From contig MU053418.1 of the NCBI GenBank assembly GCA_013239625.1, positions 62,001 through 126,000 of the forward strand: a stretch of DNA of 64,000 nt, in the 5' to 3' direction. The notes under the pieces were generated by a model, which did not search any database, had not been told where the DNA came from, and worked only from the letters and a program-made list of their open reading frames with translations. Of this stretch, positions 27,100 through 39,977 are shown one piece after another. This DNA comes from Lama guanicoe. Lineage: Eukaryota. Both the position numbers and the translations under genes were made by a program. The stretch's first letter is position 1; each line of letters opens with the position of its first letter.

Positions 27100-27930
27100 T
27101 GAGAACACAGGCAATGCTGGGGCGGGGGCGGTCAGAGCGACCGGGACGCGTCCGTTTATGTGCCAGGCTCACAAGTTCTTTAGAAACAAGAAGAAATTTC
27201 CCCAAATCCAATGCCGCATTCACTTCAAAGTGATTTCCTCAGGGGGTTGGAGCCATGAAGCTGCTAACTGCTTGACTGACTCATGCTCAGGTTTCATGCT
27301 GGGCAGAGAACGAGATATGGACTCTATCCTTCCTCCTGCCCCTGCGCGGGTCGCCACTTCGGATTCCTATCTCCTCTCTGAACCTGTTTCACCATTAAAA
27401 TGGGACACGACACTGACGGCAGGTGGTTGGGAGGATGAAGTGAGATCTCGAGCGAAAAAACCCCACAGTTCTCCGCTGAGATGAGAAGTGGGTACCGACT
27501 GAGCGCCCGAAAGCCGGAGTCCGCGCGCGGTCGCACCGAGGCCTCGGACCACCCTTCACCCCTGAGATGAGAAAACTCAGCTTCACCTGGTAACAAGCGC
27601 TGGGACGCGCCGGTTCTCCTCAGGTGCATGAAAACGGAGCTGGATTCACACCAAGGTCAGAGGATAAAGCCGTCTCTCACTTACCCCTCTCGTGTGGAGG
27701 CCCCTGCTCCACCCGCTCAACCCTCAAGGGGCTCAACAGCGCGTCCTAGTCAGCGCCCCCGCCTTCAGCCGCCAGAGGCTCGGGCACCGTCTCCTCGCGA
27801 GACCGCAGCCGCAGAACGGGAACACACGGGCAAGTGGGGGGAGGGGAAATGGGGGCAGCGCACATGCGCAGAAGGCCCAGAGCGACTGCCTTGTCCTGGG
27901 CCAGAAAACTCAAGGTGCTGAAAGCCCTCC
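27100..27930 (-). promoter_or_regulatory. ZNF37A: CpG island promoter and non-coding exon 1 of ZNF37A
   Basis: The only CpG-dense non-L1 segment in the window. It has an NRF1-like TGCGCATGTGCGC (27858-27870), a BANP/Kaiso-type TCTCGCGAGG (27793-27802), a GC box at ~27119-27131, and a perfect minus-strand donor GG|GTAAGT at 27679-27684. Confidence 0.8.
27370..27446 (+). mobile_element. MIR core remnant within the CpG island
   Basis: ctctctgaacctgtttcacc..aaaatggg..ggttgggaggatgaagtgagat. Confidence 0.5.
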
Positions 27931-27977
27931 AGCCAGCTCAGTTAGAAAGGGGTCTGTGACTTTCAACACACTGGGTA

Positions 27978-28046
27978 GACCTGCCAGGTTTAGCAAATAA
28001 AGCTCAAGCCGTGAGACATACTTTTATTTGTTGTTCATCTGAAATA
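27978..28046. mobile_element. Internally deleted MER53-like hAT MITE fragment
   Basis: tgccaggtttagcaaataaa ... gacatactt..ttgttgttcatctgaaat. Confidence 0.5.
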
Positions 28047-28083
28047 AATGATAAGTATTTAAATTACATGTCTGTTTCATTAG

Positions 28084-30120
28084 TTACATTTCCCTGACGT
28101 GTTGGCTTTGCTTAACAGTTCTTTGTTTTGCAGATTTCAGTTATAGAATTTCTTCCATAGTCAATTGACATTGTTCCATTTACATTGTCACATGTCTTCT
28201 ACAGTGGTCACATCTCACTTACTTTGTTCTTTGTCCATTGGACATTCATTAATGAGAAAACACACAACTTTAGCATTACGAACATATAATGGCATTAAGT
28301 TAACAACTCTAGGAACTGCTCTGCAAATTGATTCGTTGAAACACATAATAACATCACTTATGGCACAACTTGCCTTTTCCATCCTTCAGGATTATGTTGG
28401 ATCTCTTGATTAATGGCTTCTTAACATGTCCACTGACAAAAGAGAACTTTTATGTCAACTTTTCCCTTGCCTTTTTAACACTACATACGATAATTCCACT
28501 TGTCTCTGTGTTAGAAGAGCAATTAGTAACATCCATGTAAAACAATCAAATTCTTCAAGAGATGAAACTCACTTCAAAATACAGTCATGGCAGGTACAAT
28601 AATGATTATCCACAAACCGGAATTTATTTTCCTAGTCATAACTAATGTTATCCCTTTTAAGAACAGTCTGACAGGAAGATTTCACCAAGTTCCACTAAAC
28701 AATGGAATATTTCAATAACACGTTTTTCTCTTCTTTCAATTTCTATAATTCTATTGCTAAAGAGATACTGAAAACGGTAAGCAAGGAATAAGCAAATTGG
28801 CTTCATTCAATGTATTATTCAAAAAATAAACAATAATTTGGGGCCTTTCCTTGAAAATTAAAATATTAGTTCAGTGCTTTAAATTAACTGAGAACTCTTC
28901 CAGCTGTGTTTGTTACCATGCCAATGAGTTTCTGAATGCAAGAGAAATGAAAAATACTGAATGCCAACAAAAATCTTTTACTCACTCAATTCAAACAGTA
29001 TAAATACTGAAGTCAGAGAACAACTTCATGACAGTTACTTCAACATTAATAGAAAGGACAAGAGAAGCTGTCATAGAGGAGAACAAATCTGACTCTACAT
29101 TGGATCTGTTCCTTTAGTTTTAACCACTGTGCCCTGCTTTCTAGGCTCAGTCTTGCTAGCTCTGCACCTTTTGTGAAACTATGTTGCCTTTAGCTTGAAA
29201 TATACAGGAGAACGTATTCTCTGCCTATGACCTTTAAGGATGTTAGTACTTCTGCACTTACGTGGACATGGCAAGCTGCAAAATAGAGAATGACCTTTGG
29301 GTGAAAGTTTACAGGGACACCAGGACCTGGCCCACAAGGACAGCTGCAAGGACAAAGAATGCCTGCAGCAAAAAGTTTGCAAAAACCAACTACATGCCTT
29401 CCCTCCACTTTTTTTCTCATATAAAATGAGCCTGTATTCTAACTGAAGCAGGATTAGTTGGCCATTCCTCTCCATCTATGGGCTTTCTGAATAAAGTCGC
29501 TGTTCCTTGCCCCAACACCTTGTCTCCTGATTAATTGGCCTGTCATGTAGTGAGCAGAACGAGTTTGGGCTGGGCAGCAAAGCTATTTGAACAGAAAGCA
29601 TTATGCAGAATATGGGCAGAACAGTCAACATCTTCCGTAGAATCATTCATGCTTTGTTTCAGCTTGGAATAAACATTTTTGCACCTTTATGGAAACATCC
29701 ACCAAAATTTGTATTTGTTTTACCACCAGCAAGAGTCTTGTAGAAGTAAGAGTTAAATATGTATTTTCTGCATTGCCATTGCTTGCATCCAAGGCTGTGC
29801 GGAAAAAAAAGATGAGGCATTTAGAACATTGATCATCTCTGTAATCATAAGTGACGCTATTACTTGTGGTGTTTTTGCAGTGGACTTTATCCTGGCACTT
29901 GACATTTTGGTTGCAACTTTGGAATCACAAAGTACTTCTGGCAGCAGTGTGTTCAGTCATTTGAGCTGAAAGACTGATGATACGTGGTGTGGAGTGTATT
30001 CACAACTTCTGCAACTACTGTATCTCAGTCTGAATTCCTATTGATCAAAAAATTATTTTATCACTTTCTATAGTACTTACTGAGGAAATAATACATCTCT
30101 TATGCTTAGCTGTTAGTATA
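28084..30120 (-). pseudogene. Decayed hAT-superfamily transposase (Blackjack/hAT19-like), split by an LTR
   Basis: Manual translation across frames gives ordered motifs: KHK; HQSFSSND; DSKVATKMSSARIKS; DASN; TNTNFGG; CSAHILHNA; FSIYTV; HSETHW; FSLMNVQWTK; NKELLSK. Many stops and frameshifts. Confidence 0.8.
29069..29579 (+). mobile_element. Solo ERV1-class LTR (511 bp)
   Basis: TG...CA ends, 4-bp TSD AAGC (29065-29068, 29580-29583), TATA-like tataaaa at ~29420, AATAAA at ~29490. Confidence 0.85.
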
Positions 30121-30676
30121 TAACCCAATCAGTTATCCAACGTGATCCGTTATCTAGGGTGGGAAGTTCTGGTAACTGACTTAGCCAAGAAAGCTACCCA
30201 CACATTGGGGATCAGAAATTGGTGGACTTGTCATTTGGTTTCCAATCACCTGTACATGACCTTAAAAGCTTACTCTGCCAATACAATTTTAGCCAACTCC
30301 AAACTAACAACAATGTCATTCTCCTGGGCTTTCCTTCAATTAGATGCCCCACCTGTTTTCCATCCCAGTTGCTCCTCAAGGACTAACTTAGAGATCCATT
30401 TAGGAATCTATTGGCTGGATCAGAATTTGAAAAGGAGTTGTTTGAAAAGACAACTCTGTGTCTCACTTATACCATCTATCTGAGACCTAGCAGGGACATA
30501 AAATTTCTATTGCATGTTTTTTCCAAGAGCCCAGAATGTGTATTTTGAGAAGTAAAATGTGTACCTTGGATCCTATTAGCAATGTCTATAACTTCAAAGG
30601 AAAAAAAAAGGAATATCATGGCAAGGCCTTGTATATGTAGAGACATATGATTTTTATTTATATTTTTGATTTATGC

Positions 30677-31010
30677 ATTCATTCCTCAGGATCCACAGGG
30701 ATTGGTTCCAGGGATTCCCATGGACACCAGAATTTGCAGATGCTCAAGTCCCTTATAGAAAATGGATTAGTATTTGCATATAATCTACACAATTTTAAAA
30801 CACCTCTAGGTTACTAATAATACCTAATACAATGTAAATAGTTGCAAATACAATGCAAATGTTATATAAACAGTTGTCAGCACAATGCAAATTCAAGTTT
30901 TGCTTTTTGGAAATTTCTTGAATTTTTAAAAATATTTTCAATTCATAATTGGTTGAATTGTGGATGTGGAATCCATGGATGTGAAACCCAGGGACACGGA
31001 GGGCCTACTA
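30677..31010 (+). mobile_element. MER2 (Tc1/mariner-Tigger MITE)
   Basis: gggattggttccagg..gatgctcaagtcccttata..gtatttgcatataa..cacggagggcc pattern. Confidence 0.85.
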
Positions 31011-31254
31011 TATTTATATTTTGGGTTCTGTGAGGCAAGAGGTTCACAGAGCTCTTTATCCTGAAGGAGTCAGCTCTTAGGCAATGTCCCAATAGTTCTA
31101 ATAAAAGTGGAGATGGGACAGTTTTTTGGTAAGAGCATCCAGTGCTGAGGTGACAACCTGAAATTTGGTCCGTGTCCGTTTTGTAGACCTTTGTTTACCA
31201 GCTGTTGATTGGATAGAGTCAGTAATTTTAATATTATTGGATACTAAGTATAAG

Positions 31255-31635
31255 GGCAGTTATGGAATATTTGTGTCCCAGAAAATTCGTATGTTGAAGA
31301 GCTACCCCACAGTGTGGCTGAAATTGGAGAAGGAAGTAATTAAGACTAAATGAGATCATAAAGGTGGGATCCAGATCCCATAGGATTATTGGCCTTAAGA
31401 GAGAGCAGAGAGTTCTCTTCTATGTGCACACACCGTTAAAAAAAAAAGCCATGAGAGGACATGATGAGACAGCAGCTGTCTATAGGCCATGAAAAGAGCC
31501 CTCACCAGAAACTGCACGCTACCAGACCTTGATCTTGTACTTTCCAGTTTCCAGAACTGTAACAAAATTAATTTCTGCTGTTTAAAATACTCAGCCTGTA
31601 GTGATTTGTTAAGGCAGCCCAAGCAGATGAATTCA
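31255..31635 (+). mobile_element. MLT1A-type MaLR solo LTR
   Basis: Typical MLT1A body, similar to the copy at 61632-62022. Confidence 0.85.
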
Positions 31636-34139
31636 GGGCCTTAAGGGATGGGACTACAGGAGTAAGGTGGAAGTGATTCACCACGAGGCATTATTTTTTC
31701 CCGTGTTTAAGAACAGGCAAAATCAGGGTGCCAAGCAGAAAAGTAGTGTGAATAATCATTTCTTTATTAATTAGGTTTGATATAATAAGTTTTGATATAT
31801 GAATGCCTTATTTTAACTTACATTGGGCCATATTAATTATTTTAACTGGAGGTCCATGGATTCCCATTTATCAAGCCAATTTGTAAGTGCCAAAGATTCA
31901 CTTGAATTTTAAAATATTATTTATTGTTAGAGCATCTATACCCAACATGGGATATTTTAAGCAATGGGTACTATGACTATGGAAAATTTAGGTGAGACAA
32001 CAGTTGAAATGAGGTTTACCTATTTTCCCTATATTTTATATTTAGTTTACTCTCCTAAGATTATAAGTTGAACAGTGTTTAAATTTAGTGGTATCCACAG
32101 GTATATTTGTGCCCCAGTATTGATAAAGTCCATGAAGTTTTGTCGATTGGAACATTTTAGCAAGTACTAAAGTTAATTTACAATCTGTGTTGTAGAGGCA
32201 CAAAAGCCAATCAATGTCCTTCTTTATCTTTTTATTACAAAAAGTATTTTAATCTATAAATTTCATATAGGAATTTTGGACATCCAACTGGGTCAAATTA
32301 TGGACCTTTCTTTTAATATAATTACATGTTACATACACATATATAATTTATTTACTATATTAATATTAAAATATCATCTGTATCATTTATTTCATTATCT
32401 CTGATTTTTCTCCCTTATATAGGGTCTTACCCTTTTTTTCTATTTTAAAGCTTTTAACAGCTTGAAGATGTGCTTTTTAGTTTCTTTCTCTGCTGATAAG
32501 AAAAATGGAAGGAGAGGGGGTGGCCAGGTGGCTCTAGGCAGCAGCTTTTACCTGGTACAGCCCCTCTCTGCATTATAATCAGCTCCTTTCCCCCTCTTTT
32601 AAACTCTTAAACAAACTCTTTTAGAATAGCTTGTATCTTGAAGTGGGTTGACCCCTGTCTGTCCCTGATCAGACCCTTTGGGTATCTACCTGAAAACTCC
32701 TGGTAATTCCTAGTGGCTTGCACTGTGAGTGATGGCCTCCCTTCGTGGTCAATAGGATGTCTATTTGACCTCAGGTCTGGCATTTACATCCAAGAGAGCA
32801 ACAGTGGCATCAGCTTTAGATGTCAATTTTTTTGTTTTGAGTATAAGACCTTTTGTATACTGAGAAGCAGCAGCACTTAAGATATCTCATGCACATTGAT
32901 AAGGTATTTTATAATTTTTTATTAATTGGAACACATCCTTGGGAGTTTAGGGGGAGTCACAACCAGATATCCCTTTCCTTTTCTCTTTTTCATTAAACAT
33001 TGGGTCATTGGTCTCCAGGGAGGTCTCCAGGGATGATCCCTCTTATATCTCATATCCTTGAGTCTGGGATCAAACTGTGACAGCAGCAAGGCAGACAACA
33101 GCAGAGGATTTTGCAACAACATAACATTTGTGGGGAGCCATGGTCGCTATGGGATGGGTGCCCCCAAATTGAGAGCCAGTAGGTCCTTTCAGTGTGAAGA
33201 TGCCTAGTCAGGAAGTCTTCTGCTACCAAATGAGACAGGCTGGTATGTCTTTTGCATACAAGGAAAATAAGGAAGACTATTGAAGCAGCCCCTACCTACA
33301 TTGTCCTGGAAGGTCAACAGATAGGGCTCACCCAACAGGTGAAGGTGGGAGAGTAACTGTTCCCACCCCTTTAGGGGACCTTTGCTCAGGACAATAGCCA
33401 ATTACCCTAAGTATCCCTGAAGACCTCATCCAGACTAGGTATATCACAAACACATAGGGACCAACTGGGGACCTCTCTGGTCAGACTACAGCATCCCAAG
33501 CTAAGGGTGGATTCAGCTTTTTGAGCTCTGACACAATTGAACTGGATAAACTGAGAAACCCAACAGACACAATACAATGTAGTGGCTGCTAAATCACAAG
33601 TGTGGCAGGGCAACAGCCAGCAGTGCCTTCCCAAACAGTATTTGTGGTCAACTGGATCCAGTTAGTAAGAGACGTAACATTCCCATGCATCACTGAACCA
33701 CCCTGCTCACTGCACCAACTGTTAAGAAGCACCTGGGATTTGTTTTAATCAGGTATGGTAAAATGAGACATGGAGACAACTGCCATTGAAATAAAACTTT
33801 ATTACTTACAATTTTTCAAAAGGAAGGAACACACCACACCATCCAGGGCCATACAGGGAAGCACCAGGGTTGGACAAGAGACACAGACATGAAGGAAAAT
33901 TATGAATGGTGGTAATAAACTATAGTAACCTAACTGTAAGGTGGGAAGTGCCCTACTGGGCCCTACTGAGCAGGAAGCAAAACCCAGATGTTGGGGTTTA
34001 TGGTTGGAGGGTTTATAAAATGATTTTTATGTACCTGTGGAAACACAGGAGTGGTATGTATGTAAACATCTCTAGCCATTAGCTTGGCCCATGATTTCAA
34101 GATGCTAAACCATCAATTACACAATATCAAAAATGATTT

Positions 34140-37100
34140 CTACAGTAATACATCATACTAATAGAATAAACTCAAATTGTTATCTCATTTGATCATATAT
34201 GATTATTTCAATAGATATAGAAAGCATTTGACAAAATCAGCACCCTTTCATGATACAACCCACAACAAACTAGGAATAGAATGGAATGGCCTCAACCTAA
34301 TAAAGGCCATTTTTGAAAACCCACAGCTAACATCATACTTGATGGTGGAAGATGAAATACTTTCCTCCTAAGATCAGGAAGAAGACAAGGATGTCCACTA
34401 TTGGGGAAATATAATTAAAAACAAAATCTTTCAGCTCAGAAAACCTCTCCACAAAGATGGAAGGGGAAGAAAACATCATTTCCTAGACCCAAAGTGATAC
34501 AATGCTATGTTTTTGCTTGGTGTGCTTGCGCAGCATGATGTGAGATTGCCACTCTATACCATGCCCCTTTTCTTTCAAAAGGCACATAGTGACCAAATCA
34601 GGTGTCTTTTCCCCAAGGAGCTCCACAGATGCTCCATCCAGACTACAAAATACGGTAACCTTTTAGTTGCACATAGGTCTATCCCCAGTAGGTTTATAGA
34701 TGAATGGGGAGAAATGAGAACACACATTCCTTAGTAAGAGGACCTGATTCATGGGAATTCTGGAGGAAAAGGAACAAGTAAGGAGACTGGTTCAAAATAC
34801 CAACAACCTCTAATGACCTAGTGCCAGACGGAAAGTAAGAAATTTCTGAGGAAACTGTAGAATAAGCAGCACCAGTCTTTAACAGAACAGGCAAAGAGAT
34901 TAGCCTGAGGAAGTTACTGACACATATGGTTTACCAGTTCCCACCACCAGGATTCTCTCAGTCTGTCCAATTTTGAGCCATTTGCCAAGTATTTCCTAGC
35001 TGAAGGTTTTGTTCATCTAGGTTCTCCTGATCCTCTTGTCCCTGAAATCCCTGCATCCTCTCTTTCTACAGCCCCTTCCTTTGAACCTTTCATAGGTTGA
35101 CCAGAGTAGGAATTATTCCTTTTAGTAAAGAGTTCTAACTGAGCAGCCAACACAGAAGTCTAATTTCTTCTTTTCTTGTTTGTCTTTCTCTAGATTGTCC
35201 CCAAATTAAGTAGCTGCTGCTAAGATTTGACAAATAGTCTGTTCTTGCCACACTAATAGTTTCCCTTACTTTGGATGTGAATAGTTAGCAAGAGAGCTAA
35301 AACAAAGGTTGCCAAAAACAGAGCATATTTGGTCTGCCCCCTGGTTCACATCAGGGAATTCTGAGAAAGATTCCACAAACCACTGATGGAAATCAACGGG
35401 GGACTCACCCGTCTTCTGGGCACACTGTTGTGACATCTCCCAGCTCACCTTCAGTGGAAAGGCTTCAAGTAAAGCTCTTAGCAACCATTCTCAATGAGTT
35501 CTTAACTCCCTATTTATTCCATAGTTATAGAGGGTGGGGTGGCGGATAGTCAGCTTCCCTTGGCCACCATATCCCTCGATGTAGTGATCTTCCAGACCCT
35601 AATCCAATGTGATTACTTTATCAAAGGACAAAATCTGTTAATTGCAGAATTCCATGCAGCTGCTGGTTGTTGAATGCCATGCAGTAATCACGGTACATTC
35701 CCATGTGTAGGCTGTAAACTGAAAACACACTGAGGTGTACTTCTGTGAAATTCTGGGGCATGGGGAAAAGAAGCCTTTAAATGAGGAATATCAGCTTGTG
35801 AGAAACACGTCTACATTACCCAGGAGTTCTGGGTAGCCTCTCAATGGCATCAGCTTTGCTGGTGACCCAGTTAGGATGGACTGATTTCCTTCATATTAAC
35901 ACAAGAAAAATGTAAATCACGTGAGCACTTTGGTTTCCCTTTACGTGTTTACATTAATTAGGGTAATACCTTGTTTATTTGCCTTTTTCCAAGTGCCTAG
36001 CACAGCTATTCTCCATCTGTTGCCTTTCTAAGCAGACATGCACTTTTATCCAAGTTCTTAATCTTTCCATAATTCTCTATCATTTCTGCCTTTCTAGCTA
36101 CATGGTATGCGGATAATAAAAGACTCCTGAAATGGTAATCTTGTCTAAGACATTAAGTGGACTCAGCCTAGGCCATGAAGTACATAACCCCATGTCTTCA
36201 AACTGAGCAAGTAATTTATTACCAGCTAAAGAAGTTGTGCTCTAAAAGGTACCACCCATCTGAAAGATTATCACCTCTCTCTTCCCCTGAGTCAGTTTGA
36301 GTCTTGGAGAGGTGAGCAGGGAGGGAGATATTCAGGGGAAACATAAGGAGCAGGGAGGGACCAACTGAGTGAGGAGGAGCAAGGTTCTGTGAAAGAGAAA
36401 ATGCCTTTAATTCTCACATTCTCTCTTCTATTTTTAAAAATATTTCCTTCTGGCTATCCAAGTAATATTTTTTAACTTTCCTCTTAGAATGATTAGAATG
36501 ATGTTCATCCCATAAAATAATTAACTCATTTACTGGGATAAAGCCCTTCTAAAACCCTCTGCAAATCAAAAGAATTGTCTGCTAGTAACTGCAGGACTGG
36601 AATCGCATGTGCATGCCCATTCCAAGTATGGCAGTTTAAAAAATGGCCCTACAGACAGCATTCATAGCTTTCTGAATTTTCTAACCACATGGTGATCCTG
36701 ATAAGATTTTAGAGCCCCTAATTATCCATGCTTATTCAACAGTAAAATCTTAAATTTGGACAGGGTGATTTGTTTGGCTAGTACACCAAAAGAGCAGAGA
36801 ATTAGAAGGAAGAAGACTGTTTATAATTTAGGGCCTTTACTTGACTATTGTGTGGCCACAGGCTTCCAGCTGATCTGCCCAAGTCAGGAACTGCTAGACT
36901 CATTTCATTCTCATCACCAAAACTGTCGTTGATAAAATTTTGTCCCAACACAGAAAACCTTTACACAAAAGTAGAAGAAAAAGAAAAGAATTTTATTATT
37001 GACTAAGTATTAAACCAGAATGTGATGCGCACGAAACCAGAATGTGATGGGCATTACAGGCAATCTGCTAGGAGACTACAAAGACAGAAATATACTCACC

Positions 37101-38050
37101 CTTTTATATAGCCAAACAGATACAACTCAATACACACATGTTCTCAAGATAAACAGTAGTCCTCAAGTAAGAAGACTTGACAGCACCATATATTGCATAT
37201 AGATTATTCTAAATTCTCCTGGCAGTTGGGATGACCACCTGTATTAATTAATTATCTTTATAAAAGGAAAAATAAGTTCCTCATATCTTTATTACAGGAG
37301 GTAGTTTTGTAACTTGGAGCAAGGCACGCATTGAAGTTAGGCTCCCACACTCCCAAAGAAACTAAGTACTATCCCCCTTGAAGTGTCCATTTCAAAGAGA
37401 TGGCTCTGAGGCTCCTTGAGAAAGATATTCTAGGGGTTTAAAACTACCATGAGGCTTGTAAAAAGATTCATTTTCATCTTAAAGGAGTAGATAAAGAATT
37501 TACAGTTACAAGTTTACAAGAGAAAATGCTCTAAGGAAAAGAAGGGGGGACATATTTTCCTTTATTTTTAACAGAGAATATTAAGCTTCTTATTCTTCAT
37601 TCGTATTTGCCCTTATACCACTCACACCGATTCTAGTTAATTTTGCACTGAAGATTTTAGGGCAATTAGGCAAGAAGATGGAATAAAAGTCATCCAGATG
37701 GGAAATTAAAAGGTAAAGCTATCTCTACATACAGATGACATGACCTTGTATATAGAAAATTCTTAGATAAATGTCAGAACTAATAAATGAGTTCAACAAA
37801 GTTACAGGATACAAGATCAATATATAAGTATCTATTGAACCTGCATACATTAGCAATGAGCAATCCAAAAATGAAATTAAAATTAAAAAACTCACTTGCA
37901 ATAGCATCAAAAAATATTCTTAGGAATCAATTTAACCAAAGAAAGTGAAAGAGAAATTTACAGTGAAATTTTCTTACAGTGAAAACTGAAAGACTTGCAC
38001 ATTTGCCTAATGAAAACTTCAATGAAAGGTTTTAAAAGATCTAAATATAA
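34140..38050 (+). mobile_element. L1 ORF2 (RT) fragment split by an ERV1 insertion
   Basis: acaaggatgtccac| at 34398 resumes as ccactcacacc at 37618 and continues through tacagatgacatg. Confidence 0.8.
34399..37617 (-). mobile_element. Internally deleted ERV1 provirus (MER89/MER90-like LTR ~36924-37617, gag remnant, stub of the 3' LTR at 34399-34480)
   Basis: 4-bp TSD CCAC (34395-34398, 37618-37621). Capsid MHR-like QKTGESPVDF. PBS-like tggtgatgagaatg follows the 5' LTR. The two LTR ends share agaaaacct..cacaaa. Confidence 0.8.
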
Positions 38051-38055
38051 ATTCA

Positions 38056-38990
38056 GGACTGATATCAGCAAGATGGCAAAAATAAGGTTCCAGCCTTGTC
38101 TCTCCACAGAAATATAAATTTAACAACAACCCATGGATGAAAATAACTTCAGGAGAGCTCCAAAATCCAAATGAGAGGTTACAGCACACTGGTGGAGCAC
38201 AAAAATGAAAAAAGATACACTGAAAAGAGTAAGAGAAACAGTTGAATTATACCTGCATCACTTCTTCCCCTGGGCTGCACCATGAAATACCAAAAGAGAT
38301 TCCCTCAGCCTATGAATTCTCCTGTGGAGGAAAGAGAGCAAAGTGAAATGTCCAATTTCACTGCAGGTCCCAGCACTGGGCCCATCCACCTGCAGACCCT
38401 GACAACTAGGGCTTTCCCTGACAATGCTAGTCTGTAAAGACTGGAAGAGGTGACTGCTTCTTCAAACACACAGATACTAACACAAGGCTACATGGATAAC
38501 AAAGAATTAGGGAAACAACACCACCATAGGAACAAAATAAAGCTCTGGTGACCAACCTTAAAGAAATGGAGATCTATGAACTGCCTGACAAAGAATTCAA
38601 AATAATCACCTTAAAGAAGCTCAGTTAGCTACAAGAGAACACAAATAAACAGCTAAAAGAAATCATAAAAACAATATATGAATGGAATGAGAACTTCAAC
38701 AGAAAGAAACCATAAAAAGGAACCAAACAAATTCTGGAGCTAAGAATACAAAGATTGAGCTGGACATTTCAATGGAGAGAGCCTCAACAGTAGACCCAAT
38801 CAAGCAGAAGAAAGAACAAGAGAACTCACAGACAGGTCATTTGAAATTATCCAGAGGAACATACAGAAAAAAAAAAGATGAAAAAGAATGAAGAAAGCTT
38901 ACGGGACTTATGGAATATCATCAAGAAAACCAATATTTTCATTATTTTATGGAAGTCCCTGAATGACAAGAGAAAGAAAAGGGCAGAAAT
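38056..38990 (+). mobile_element. L1 5'UTR + partial ORF1
   Basis: cagcaagatggc start; ORF1 remnant MKKNEESLRDLWNIIKKTNI. Confidence 0.8.
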
Positions 38991-39309
38991 GTATTTGCAT
39001 GTCAAATGGTGGGAAGTAAGTTTGAAAAAAAATTCAGGGAAATTTAACCTTAGTGAAATTTCTAGGGTTCAATGATGTGGAGCATGTCAAGATATCCCTT
39101 CTACACATGCTTAAAGTGTCAGTGGCAGATAGGGATGCTGTTTGGAGCCTTTGACAGGCCCATACAGGTGATTCACAGGACAGGCTTTTAGGATTTTGAA
39201 GCAAAGCCCACCCCCTCATCATTTGCAGATAACTATTCTCCATTTGAGAAACAGCTTTGGCCTGCAGAGATTGAATGTGTAACCATAGGCCACCAAGTTG
39301 CATCCAACT

Positions 39310-39734
39310 TGTGATGATTAATTTTCTGTATCAGTTTGACTGGGTCATAGGGTACACAGATGTTTGGTCAAAAATTATTTTGTGTGTGGCTGTAAAGGTG
39401 TTTTTGGATGAGATTAACATTTGAATCAGAGTAAAGCAGATTACTGTCCCTAATGTGGGTTTCCCTCATCCAATCAGTTGAAGGCCTGAATAAAACAAAA
39501 AGACTGGCCCTGCTAAGAGTAAGAGGGAACTCCTCCTGCCTGACTGCATGATCTGAGATATCAGTTTTTTCCTGGCTTCAGATTTGGACTGGAATTATAG
39601 CATTGGCTCTCCTCAGCTTGCTGATTGCAGAACTTGGAACATCTTGGTTTCCATAATCATGTTAGCCAGTTTCTATATTAAATATATATAGTCTGTTGGT
39701 GTGTGTATATTTATGTGTGTGTGTGTATATATAC

Positions 39735-39785
<51 letters not shown>

Positions 39786-39820
39786 CTATTGTTTCTGTTT
39801 CTCTGTAGAACCCTAATACA
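39310..39820 (+). mobile_element. MLT2-type ERVL solo LTR containing a (TG)n/(TA)n microsatellite
   Basis: tgtgatgattaatttt..tttggatgagattaacatttgaat..gaaccctaataca. Confidence 0.85.
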
Positions 39821-39977
39821 TGGCCTAACTTGCCCATAATCAATTGAATGTTCCCCAACCCACCAAGCCATAAAATTGGTCAGCAGCACTGAATTAGCAA
39901 ATGGAAGTGGTATATGAGACTGGGTTCAAGCAGGCCCTGAAGGCACAAGTACATTTCATGAAGAAATGGACCAAATG

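Larger units (their letters stand above)
30130..34140 (-). mobile_element. Decayed class III (ERVL-related, MER76-like) provirus: LTR ~33720-34140 plus gag/pro/pol remnants, with nested MER2 and MLT1A
   Basis: Protease-like INTGAQI at ~32105-32128, homologous to 52805-52865. Integrase-like QGTHFTSQ at ~30545-30570. The LTR resembles MER76. Boundaries are approximate. Confidence 0.6.

Noticed and set aside
28084..30120. KRAB-transposase fusion gene using the upstream ZNF33 KRAB exons
   Set aside because: Orientation is compatible, but the transposase has many stops and frameshifts plus an LTR insertion, so no fusion protein is possible now.
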